From: Vitrella brassicaformis CCMP3155
Taxonomy: Eukaryota > Protista > Chromerida
Assembly (NCBI GenBank): GCA_001179505.1
Contig: CDMY01000688.1
Span: 186,001 to 250,000 of the forward strand
Direction: 5' to 3'
DNA length: 64,000 nt
Positions 51,144 to 61,422 of the stretch are shown here, piece after piece. The first letter of the stretch is position 1. Each line of letters starts with the position of its first letter. The notes beneath the pieces are model-generated. The model was given only the letters and a program-made list of their open reading frames with translations, did not search any database and was not told where the DNA came from. The position numbers and the translations under genes are program-made.

Positions 51144-52189
51144 GGCCCGGGGCAAGTGCTCCACATCACTTCCTTCGAAGTGATGCCTTGTGTTGACTAT
51201 GGTCAACACAAGGCAGCATTTGCTGTTACCTGTGACAATGCTGCCCGGCATTTGTAAAGTGGGGGGCTGTGTGGCGTGAGGGTGTGAGATTGATGTGCAT
51301 GGACTAGGGGTGACGTGTTTGCATGGTTGTTCCTCGTGTCAATAGCCTTTTCTCTAGCAAGCGCAGCAACACGGCACTGACGGCAGGGCCACTTTCTGAG
51401 TATCCACTTCCTTCCCATGCAGGTCAGTCGTATCGTTGGCAGCACTTTCACTTTTCGAGGCGGCCGGCTTATCGATAGGCATGCATCAGTGTCACATGTC
51501 AAAGTGTGCGTGGGTGCGTATTCACCTCCATTCAGATCCAGAGCGAATCATCCATCATCACACCGCAAGATTGATAGAAAGGTGAACAATCCGAAGGCAC
51601 GGCTGCCCATGCACTCATTACTGCTTCTCTCTCTGTCCGCCTTTTTGCATCCTCGCGTTGGAGGCGGAAACATCCGGCCACTGCCGCCATTGTCAAGAAT
51701 CAGCACCCAGGGGCTCTCTCAGGCCACGGCCCTGGGGCAATGCATAATGATCGTGCATGACTCGTTGTCGACGGCCAATTGTGGAGGAATCAGCACACAG
51801 CCGAGCTCCGACTTTGTTTGTTTCATTGCAGAGAGGAGAGAGTGGGGGTACTGAAGCGGTGAATCGCCAAGAAGCGAACGGAGACGGCAAATGGAAACTG
51901 TTGCTTTTGTCTGTTATTCCCTGCTCTTCTATCAGCGTGTGTTCTCTCTCTCGTCCCCTGTTGTCTCAACGCGATGCCTGCACGTGGGAAACCGCTAGTG
52001 GCGAGATTTTCGCGAGCCGAGACGGAGACAAAATGATTTACGAGCTCGCAGTCACTTTTCACATTTTCCGTCCGCGTTCGGCTTTCCAGCCTTGTTTCGG
52101 CCACATCTCCTCCGGTTCTCTTTCCTTTCGGCTGGTTGTTGGCTTGTGTTGTCCGCTGCGTCCTCCTCTACTCCTCCCAACTCGTCAGA

Positions 52190-53870
52190 ATGTCGTCCGC
52201 CACTTCTTTCTTCGACCACCGTACCCCGGGAGAGGCCTCGTTTGGTGGTGCCCTGCCTCCTGTGGAGCGGCTGGCGTCTCCCTGGCGCCTGCCGAGTGCG
52301 CACGCCCCTTCTTTTCGCCCAAACCGACCTCCAGCAGGTGAGTACATATGCGTGTGGCCTCGCGCGTCATCTCTGTTGGGTGCGGTGATGGTGTGGTGTG
52401 TGGATGATTTGTAGGGATGAATACGTGGTGCATTTCGTTGCCATGGGTGTGCTCAGATGCCCTCTGTTGCCGTGTTTGTGCGTGCAGATGAACTGGCGGC
52501 TTTTTCTTTTTATACCCGTCTCTTTTTCTCGACGCATTTCTCTTTAGGTGGGTGAGGTGGGTGACTGCCTCATTGAGTTTGGTGTTGACGCGCACGTCAG
52601 AGTCCCTGTCTGCTGCTTTCCAGATATGCGTTTCCTTTGGCCCGACGAAAAGAAAACCGAGAAAAAAAGACAGATTTTAAGCATTTTTCTAATCAATCTT
52701 TCTGTCTTGCAGCAGGCCGGGAAGCTTCACTTCGATGACAACAACCTGCCCATGGAGGAGACATGCGCATGAAACACAATGCCTTGGTACCTCGCTCCAG
52801 AAATTTTCTTGGCTCGGCCACAAGGCCACGCAGCAAGACGGTACACATTGACCGAAAAACGCGCCAGCCATCACGCCACCTTTGATGCGGTGTGGTGTGT
52901 GTGCGTTGTGGATGGGTGAGTGCAGGTCTGAAGGACGACATCGACACGACATTCGGCGGGCCCACCAAGCCATACCTCGCTCCAGAGGTTGTCTTGGGTG
53001 TGCCGTACGACAAGAGAATCGACCTCTCAAGCCTGGGACAGCTTGTGGCCAACCACCCCCCACCAGCCACTTACAAGAAAGGGGTTCCGGGACTTGGAAA
53101 GCAGCGGGGAAGGACACAAAGGGCGGTGTGCTGTGTCTCGACAAGATCGACGAAGTCTACACGCAGCAAGACGGTACACATTAACCGGAACACGGAACAC
53201 ACGCCATCACGCCACCTTTGATGCCCTGTGGTGTGTGTGCGTTGTGGATCGGTGAGTGCAGGTCTGAAGCACTACATCGACTGGACCAAGCCATACCTCG
53301 CTCCAGAGGTTGTCTTGGCTGTTCCGTACGAGTCAATCGACCTCCTAAGCCTGGGACGCCTTGTCGCCGGTCTGCTGTTGAAGAAGCCCAAGCACCACCC
53401 ACCAGCTACCTTTAAGAAGGGGGTTCCAGGACTTGGCAAGCAGCGGGAAAGGACACAAAGGGCCAAGGAGGCCCGACTGCGACGACAGGCAAGAAAACAA
53501 TTGGATCACTCATAGCACAGATTCTCATGAGATGTGTGTGTGTGTCTGTCCGCTCGCCCTGCAGGCCTGCCTCGACACAGCTCGGCCATCAGGGGATGTT
53601 GGCAAGTATGGTAAGGATGGGAAGGCATATATGTGGACTGTCTTCATCGCTCTGTGTGTCTGTGTCTCAAGGTTGAGGGTCGTGTGTTACGGCCGTTCAA
53701 GACAGGGCGACTTCGCCCATGGCTGCCTACATTTTATATCCACAGTCCCATTCTTCAGTCGTCTATTGCTGCTGTTGTCGTGTGCTGTGGTCGCAAGTCA
53801 TATCGTGCTCTTGAGACAAGGCGGCGTAGGTCAAGGCACTGGCCATTCCGGCACTTCTCGCTCGTAAGAA
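52190..53870 (+). pseudogene. Chimeric or degenerate unit containing three Ser/Thr kinase activation-segment fragments (subdomains VIII-IX only)
   Basis: TCA*NTMPWYLAPEIF (in-frame TGA), TTFGGPTKPYLAPEVVLGVPYDKRIDLSSLG and TKPYLAPEVVLAVPYESIDLLSLG. No Gly-loop, VAIK, HRD or DFG nearby. Confidence 0.7.
52830..53465 (+). repeat. Diverged tandem duplication, period ~333 bp (intron plus kinase-fragment exon)
   Basis: GCAGCAAGACGGTACACATT...GCCATCACGCCACCTTTGATGC...GTGAGTGCAGGTCTGAAG...CCAAGCCATACCTCGCTCCAGAGGTTGTCTTGG starts at 52830 and again at 53163. Confidence 0.92.
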
Positions 53871-54354
53871 TGGATTGAAGGGAAATGTCAGCCAGCCTGT
53901 GTGTCTCTGCGTGTCATGGTTTAGAGACGCCCTGGCTTCCTCTTCTGGCGGCGGCGACGGCGACACCCTCAAGCCCATCGCCGACGACGACAGCCTCAAC
54001 AAATTACCGGGAAAGCCGAGAGGCAGCGAAGCAGGGAAATCGGGTGAAAGGGGCACGATGAGGTGCATACTACATGAGAGAAGGCATCCAAACATCCCTC
54101 TTTCGCGGTCCGTGTTGGTTTCAGGGCAATCGGCCCACAAGCTCGCACGAGGTGGAGCTGGTTTCTCTTTCTCTTTCCCCACGTTGTTCTCGCGCTCCGT
54201 AGAGTTAGACTAAGTTATTCTCACCATGAATAACGCAGCCCACGACTTGGCCCACCGCCAGGCCACCTCCTCCGCACGGTTCGGCGACTCGCCTTACGAC
54301 ACACTCTGATGCAGCACACACTCTGCCGGCCCTCATGTGTGTGCGTGGTGTGGG

Positions 54355-55110
54355 CAGGTCGCTCTTGAGTTCACGGGCAACGTGCTGCCGCGCCACGGCT
54401 TTGTGTGCCACCGGGCACTGGAGACCGTGGAGGGCGCGACGACCGTGGAGGTGGTGGACCAGGATGATTGGGAGCCCGACCCAGATGACGCCGAACAGCC
54501 CGACCCGCTGGTGTTCGAGCACTTGCCCCCCAACGCATTCTCCGCCGCTACACTCCTGTGGATTCACACCATCAATGGGCTCGCGATTGCCCGAAGGCTG
54601 GTGACCAAGATGCCCGCCGTCAAACGCATTGACCTCTCCCAGCCCTACCCGACAGAGGAGGACGCGGTGGGGGTGCTGCAGGCGGTGGGCGGCGAGAGGG
54701 AACTGGAGCGTTTCGAGGCCAAGTGGGTGAAGGGTGTGGGCGAGGGGGGGCTGACGTGGGGCGACATAGCGGACCAGCTGCCGACCATCTCAAAAGTGGA
54801 TGTTACTGTAGAAGGTGAGCTGCGAACAATTACCTCCTCAGCTTACCGGCTTATTCATTCGGTGCTGTGCTGTCTGTGTGTCTGTCTGTCTGTCTGTCTG
54901 TGTGTGCAGTGCCTGACGATTTGGGTGATGGCGATGCCGCCGGTGAGTTCGGCATCGCCTGCGTCACCGAGGGATCAAGGAGCTCTCCTTCCGGCCGTGG
55001 CCCGGCGACGCCTTCAAGCGGCTGGTGGATGAGCGGACGCATGGCGACGCCATCGAGGGGCTGGACGGGCGATATGACATTAGCTGGGGGGGATATTTGG
55101 GACAACATGC
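54355..55110 (+). pseudogene. Internal fragment of a lineage-expanded hypothetical protein family (helical/LRR-like), frameshifted and fused to a dynein fragment
   Basis: Well-formed exon VALEFTGNVLPRHGFVCHRALE...LPTISKVDVTVE|VPDDLGDGDAAGEFGIAC with host codon usage. The frame then breaks. No intact start. The family assignment is from recollection of chromerid proteomes and is not verified. Confidence 0.5.
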
Positions 55111-55174
55111 GAAACGGCCTCCCTCCTTGATGTGTGTATCTGTGTCATATATGGGCTTCTCGTGTGTCTGGCAG

Positions 55175-55520
55175 GGCGATCGCCTTGTTCCACGAGAGGG
55201 TCTACGTGATGAGCCAGGAGCTGATGCGCGCCGCCAAGATGTACAACCACGTAACACCCAGAGACATACTGGTCTTCATCAAACACTTCCTTGGTACGTT
55301 TCTCGCGCCACTCAAACGACACACATACACCATGGCTAGGTGGCTGTGCGATTTGCTGTGTGTGGTATGTGGTGTGTGGCAACAAATCAGGTTTGGTGAG
55401 GGAGAAGCGGGAGCTGACCAAGTTCAAGGACACGGAAGAGCAAGTGGACGAGATGCTGGTCTGGCTGGCCGAGAAGGACAAGGACCTCGCGGTCCTTGCC
55501 GCCAAGAAACGACGCACGGG
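55175..55520 (+). pseudogene. Cytoplasmic dynein heavy-chain fragment (end of AAA4 / start of stalk), two exons, with an internal deletion
   Basis: KMYNHVTPRDILVFIKHFL|GLVREKRELTKFKDTEEQVDEML aligns with the DHC1 segment [45 protein letters not shown], minus ~11 residues. Confidence 0.8.
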
Positions 55521-55579
55521 TGTGTTTTTGTTTCCTTTTCCGTTAGCTTAGCATTTCCATCATCGCATCGTCTTAACCA

Positions 55580-56640
55580 TGAATACCGCCAACCCCCACT
55601 TCCACGGAAGCCGCCAGCCTGCCGCTGTTGTAACCGCCAAGACCTCGTCATCCCCTGCCCTGACCCTCAAGCCCATCTCAGACGAGGGCAGGGACGCCCA
55701 GAAGGCCAAGGACGCCCAGCCGCCCACGCCCACGGCCAACGGCAGCGATGCGACGGCGGACGGGGGGCTACATGTACATGATGGAGAGGGCGGGGGAGGG
55801 ACTGGTGATGTGGCGGTGTCGCGGATGGATAGCTCTGCGTTCAAGGCGCTGTGTGGCAGGGCCGGCGAGACCAAGAAGAGGGGCGACATCAACTGGCAGC
55901 TTAACAGGACTCGGTAGGCAAGGCGGACAGCGCAGAGCAGACCCCGACACGTATACATATACATGTATGTTATGTGTGTATGCATGCATGTATGTCCTGC
56001 ATGTGTGTCCTGTTGTCTTGTCTGTCCCTGCCTGCGTGTGTCAGCATTGCGGTGGCCGAGTGGGAGGCGGCCTTGAAGCTGCTAGAGTCCCTGCCCTGCG
56101 CGTCGCTGCCGGCCCCCAAGGACACTGACGAGAGATTCTGTGCGAGGTGAGGTCACCGACCGACCAACCGACCGACCGACCGACAGGCCACACGCACATC
56201 TATCTGTCTTGTGTTGTGTGTGTGTATTGGGTGTTTGGTCAGTTGTTGGCGGGCGACGCCGATGCGGCCCAGGAGGACACCAGCAAGGAGGACGAGGCCA
56301 CCCCCGAGCCCCTTGCCACCGAGCCCCCCGCCCCCGAGCAGGCAGCGGCCACCGCCCCGAAGAAACAGAAGAAGAAGAAGAAGAAGAGCACCAACAAGAA
56401 CAAGAACAAGGACAAGGCGCCAAAGGAGGCGGCGGGGGAGACTCTGCCATCCGAGGCCCCCTCTCTTGTCCCCGCCAAGACGCCGTCATCCCCTGCCCTG
56501 ACCGTCTTCAAGCCGCCCATCCTTCCAGAGGAGGCCAAGGACGCCCAGAAGGGCAAGAAGAAGCCGCCCACGCCCACGGCCAACGGCACCGAGACCGCCC
56601 TCGAGGGAGCGGCCACCGGCAACAAGAAGAAGATGGCATT
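55580..56640 (+). pseudogene. Chimeric low-complexity ORF made of duplicated AKT(S/P)SSPALT..KP..DAQK..PPTPTANG modules and a poly-Lys tract
   Basis: The module appears at ~55630-55750 and ~56470-56590, with a short remnant at ~53965-53995. The exon runs directly into the TACATTTTATAT segment at ~56636. Confidence 0.6.
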
Positions 56641-57175
56641 GGTGCCTACATTTTATATCCAGACGAGATTTTATCTCATACCCAGAGGTATCCGCAGGTC
56701 TGCATCTTTGGATTCATGTGTATACAGCATGAATATATGCCTCCTTCTTGGGTGTCGTATGTGTGAGGCTGCCCAGGAAGGAGCCCGCGTGTGTTACGGC
56801 CGCTCAAGACAGGGCGACTTCGCCCATGGCTGCCTACATTTTATATCCATAGTTTCATTCTTCAATCGATTGCCCGTCGACTCATACATACAAGCGCTTC
56901 TACAAGAACATTTCCACAAAAGGTACACACTTTATCGCCACATCTAGCCAGCTAGATTTTGTGTGTCCCCATGTCTGTCTCCGCATTCGTTGTGCTTTAG
57001 GTCGGTATCAGCTTGATCGAATATATGGGGGGCCTGATCCAATGGTGCACTAGTTCGAGGGCCCGATGTGGACAAGAAGCGGTCCGAGATGCTGAGACTC
57101 ACCGTACACGTCCTTATGCGCGTCGATGTGATTTGTGTGTGCCTTGGCTCCCTGTCTGTGGTGGTGGTGTGTCAG

Positions 57176-57525
57176 GCGAGTTCCGTGTCAAGATTAGCGA
57201 GTTGGACGACAGCCTAAAGATGGCGCTTGCCAACGGCAAGGGCAACAGCACCACCCTAGACGACCACTCCGTCATGGCCATACTGGAGACGTCCTTCGCC
57301 GACACATCCTTCATGAAGAGCCTCCAGAGCGCCCTCCAATTCGGCACACAGCTCCTCGTCGAGGTAAGATGACCAAATAGCATCTCACACCCATCCCCCC
57401 CATCCATCCACACGTGTGTGTGTGTGTGTGTGTCCTGTCTGGCAGGATGTTGAGCGTGTGGATCCCATACTGCTGAACCCGGTGCTGACCCGCAAGCAGG
57501 GCGGGCGTGTGCTCCTCGTCCAGGT
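57176..57525 (+). pseudogene. Cytoplasmic dynein heavy-chain fragment (AAA5 and post-AAA5 buttress region) in permuted order
   Basis: GEFRVKISELDDSLKMALANGKGNSTTLDDHSVMAILET (cf. [37 protein letters not shown]) is fused to TSFADTSFMKSLQSALQFGTQLLVE|DVERVDPILLNPVLTRKQGGRVLLVQVG (cf. [52 protein letters not shown]). Confidence 0.85.
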
Positions 57526-58329
57526 GGGTGAGCTTTGAAAGCACAGACATCTTCAATCTATGTGTGTCAGGCCCAGGACAACGTGCCCCATGTGACCAAT
57601 CAATCAACACAGACACACACATACACACACACGCACTCACACAGAGGGAGAAGGCAGTGCTGCAGGCAGGTGTCTGACTGTGTGTCTCTTATGTTGTATG
57701 GTCTATATCAGGATTGGACACACCCTCTCGTGGCCAGGTCTGTGGTCCTCACTCTCAAGAAGATCATCAAAGCCAAAGGCAAACACGACCCACAACACAC
57801 AGGCACTAAACCGACATGCGTCCAGCCTGTATATGTCTTGTTCAGCTGCGGGCCGCAGTTTGGTATGGCTAGGTGGGTTGCTGTGGCCGGAGGCCGTCTC
57901 CCTAGCGACGGCCACCGGCCACACGACTTAGAGGCCGACCCATGACCCCTCTACCACCTTGTCCAAGACCGCGCAGAAGGCCGAGCAGGAGGAGAAGGCC
58001 GAGGACGACGCGGGTGCTCTGAAGGAGGGGGGCAGGCGGATGTCCAACCATGCCCGGCGAATACAAGAGGGAATCAGGGGGAGAGAGGAGCGAGAGGCCG
58101 CAGAGCAGAGGATAAGGGCGGAGAGGGTCGCAGCGCGAAAGGAGAGGAAAAGGCTGGGGAAGCCGCAAAGAAGAAGACGGCCAAGGATGAGAAGGAAAGA
58201 AAAGGCTGTAGGGAAGGCAGGCCTGAAGTGCTTCATTTGACGCTTGTTTGTCATATTCCCTCAGGAATGCAGCTGCCGTCTGCGTCGACCAAGATCGAGG
58301 CACCCAGCCAAGTGCCTAAGTTCGTCGCC

Positions 58330-58600
58330 GCCCCGGCAGGTGATTGTTGGCAACGTAAAGCGTGTCCTTGATCCCTATGGCTACTCTCTAGAGGACATCC
58401 AAGAGCTTGTCGAGATATGCGGATACGACCAGAGAGAGGTACGTACACACACCTGCAGCCAGCAGACACACGAGACACCAAAGCTCATCACACACACACT
58501 CCCATTTACCGCATGAATCATCTGTGGGTTTCCCTCCCTTCCTTGACTCCTTAGGTCGAGATTGCTGTGTGGAACATCTTGCAGGACCAGAAGGGCCACG
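58330..58600 (+). pseudogene. UBA/CUE-like three-helix domain fragment (two exons)
   Basis: VIVGNVKRVLDPYGYSLEDIQELVEICGYDQRE|..IAVWNILQDQKGHE has a UBA-like pattern (V..V......I...L..C..D....V..I). Confidence 0.5.
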
Positions 58601-58618
58601 AGAGCGGGAAGCCACCAC

Positions 58619-59150
58619 GCGAGAGCGGGCCAAGGCCAAGCGCGAGGAGTTGCAGAAGGAGCAGCAGGAGGCCGCCAAGCAGCGCCACATACCCGGCCTC
58701 ACGGCAGCTCCCACTGCGAACGCATACGGAAGAGGGAGCTGCGGTGACGTGAAGCGGAGATGGGTCGTGAAGGGAGCGATTCCGACATGAAGCTGCTCGA
58801 GAGGGCGGCATGGACATCATGAAGGCAGTCGGCGTGCACCCACCTGCTGCTGCCGCCGAGGCTGCAGCGCCCAAGCCTTCTCAGCCCTGCCGCAGACTTG
58901 CACCGCCTGCCACCGTCCGGCCACCGCACCCCGGCAAGATATGGGTCGTGAAGCAAGCGGCGACATGAAGCTGCTGTGTGTTTATGTTTTGCGTGTTTGT
59001 GTTTATGGTTTGTGATGTGGGGGTCTTGCTGAGACCTGCCCCAAGGCCGCCAAGCGAGAGCGGGCCAAGGCCAAACGGGAAGAGTTGGAGAAGGAGCAGC
59101 AGGAGGCCACCAAGCAGTGTGACGTCCCTGGCCTGATAGCAGCTTTCCAT
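58619..59150 (+). repeat. Local duplications of a K/E-rich module (RERAKAKREEL.KEQQEA.KQ) and of a GGGTCGTGAAG...CGACATGAAGCTGCT segment
   Basis: GAGAGCGGGCCAAGGCCAA...GAGTTG.AGAAGGAGCAGCAGGAGGCC.CCAAGCAG at ~58621 and ~59056. The second segment is at ~58762 and ~58943. Confidence 0.85.
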
Positions 59151-60039
59151 ACGGCCTGCAGCAGGCCATTCAGCGTCGAAAGCGGCCCAGCGGCAAGGCC
59201 CCGGTAGGCAGTAAGTTCGAATTGTATAAGCAAGCTTTATACCTCCACCACACCCGGGAATGTAATGTCTCTCATTATCCGTTGCTTGCTGCGTGTGCTT
59301 GTCTGTTTGTCTGTCTGTCTGTCTATGACTTTTAGGGAGGGAGGATGAGATGGGTGCCAGTACGCAAACGATGGATTGGGTCAAGGAGGGCTTTGACGGC
59401 ATGCGAAAGAAAAGCGGCAGGCCCCCCCCGGTAAGAAATTGTGCGTATCATGACAAGATATGTGCTTGCACTCGGTTGCTGCGTGTGGTTGTCTATGCCG
59501 TGCAGGGCATGAAGTGGGTGCCGATTCGGGCTTGGAAAGCAGCGGAAAGAACCCACCGAGCGAAGGAGGCCAGACAGAGACAGCAGGCAAAAAAACGCGA
59601 TGAAGCGCGGTAATGTAAGTCAGTTCAATTGTGCCTCTTATGTCTCGCAGATGCATCGGTGCCTACATTTTATATCCAGACGAGATTTTATCTCATGTGA
59701 CGAAGCTGCGGTCTGTCGATACCCACAGGTATCCGCAGGTCTGCATCTTTGGATTCATGTGGTTACAGAATGAATATGTGTTTTTTGACAGATGCCGGTA
59801 ATTGCGCCGCATCTGGAAAACAATTGGAGCCACGCCTTTGATGACCTGATTCGCAAGACGGCCGACGATTATCACGTGAGGTGGGAGGACTATCAAGAGC
59901 GCGGCGGTTACGACAACAGAATTGAAGTGAGCTTCGCAGGTGAGTGTACACGTAAAGGAACGACACAATGTCGTAGATGACTGTGGTCCTGTCTGGACCC
60001 GCAAGCACCGAAACAAATGTGTCATCCACCACGGCCTCT

Positions 60040-60480
60040 GCCGCCAGGCAGCAGTGCACCGGGGAACTCTTCACGGCTCTCAGGAACCTCATTGATGAGG
60101 AAGAAGCGGCTGCTGGCGTGCCCGAGGAGGACAGGTTTGCCTCCTGGTTCGGCGTCGGCTACGTCCACGAGATGCGGTGCATTGGGTGTGGACACGGGTG
60201 GTTTGGCGCCAGTCAGCATGAGGGCAGCGTGCTGGTGTGTGTGGATGAGACGATGGAGATGCACAAGGGCGAGTGGGACCTCATGAGGGCTGTCGACAGG
60301 GCGGTGAGACGGCCCGAGCCCAAGGAGGCCGTGTGTGGCGCACGAGAGACATGCGATTTGTGTGGCGCCCAGCTGCTTTGTCAAAGGTCAGCTCGACAGG
60401 AAGAGACCAAAGACCCATTGCCATATGTTCGTCTCCTTTTTGTTTTTGTTATCAGGCGGTCGTTCTTCGACTCACGCGAA
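60040..60480 (+). pseudogene. Ubiquitin-specific protease (peptidase C19) fragment: Gln-box to fingers Zn-ribbon, lacking Cys and His boxes
   Basis: QQCTGELFTALRNLID...FGVGYVHEMRCIGCG...E.SVLVCV...LMRAVD...TCDLCG...PYVRLLFVFVIRRSFFD follows the USP pattern QQDA.E...L / F.G......C..C / L...L / C..C / P..L.I.L.RF.FD. Confidence 0.7.
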
Positions 60481-61384
60481 GTGGGCACCAATGGCTGATT
60501 TCATCGTCTCGCTGCCTGTCGCCCCCGCCGCCACCTCCCACCCCTAGCTGACCATATCAACAAATCTGCCATATCAACACGGTGAGCGACCGATCACAAC
60601 ACAACACAACACAACGCAACGCAAGGCAACAACATTCGCGCGATAAGCAGAGGATGTCTTTATTTGTGTTCCCCCGCATCGCGCATGTGGGGCGCTGTGT
60701 GTATGTCTGCAGAGGGAGGAGAATGTCGGCATTTGCTGTCTACATTTTATATTCGTGGCATCTTCTTCAATTCCTCCGCACCCTATCAGTGAATCGATTC
60801 GGCTGGTGACAGGAGTGGTGCCTGTCCGTCTGCAAGAGCTACCCCAACTATGACGTCTTCTTCGTCGGCTTGACACACACCGACACACCCAACGCCACGA
60901 TCCCTTCTGCCTCCCTCTCCCTCTTCGTCACACACCAACACCAACACCAACACCAACACCAGCAGCTGAGGTGTCAATCATCGTGTCTCACGTTCTTGCG
61001 TCCGAGATGGAGCTGTTCGCTGGCTTCCCGGATCCCGCGCGCCCGCCATCAGTACTGCACTGGGAGCATTTCAAGACCGAGGCAAAGAAGATGCTCCATC
61101 TGACGGACGAGGCGTTTGAGAACTTGCACATCGGCGCCCTCTTGGACCGCACCGCAGCCGTCGTCCAGTGGGGGCAGGCTATAACACAGCAACAGGTATT
61201 TATCCAGAATACAAGTCAGGCCTGGACATGCACTCGCACTTAGACAGGCCAACGGTGTGGTCGCTGGATGTGTGCCTTTTTGCAGCTTTCTGCGTTGAAG
61301 CTCAGTGAGGCCCCTTCCCTGGGGAACATAGCATAGGTGCGGCCATTGGCACACGGAGATTGAGCGATGGCGTTTCCACCGACA

Positions 61385-61422
<38 letters not shown>

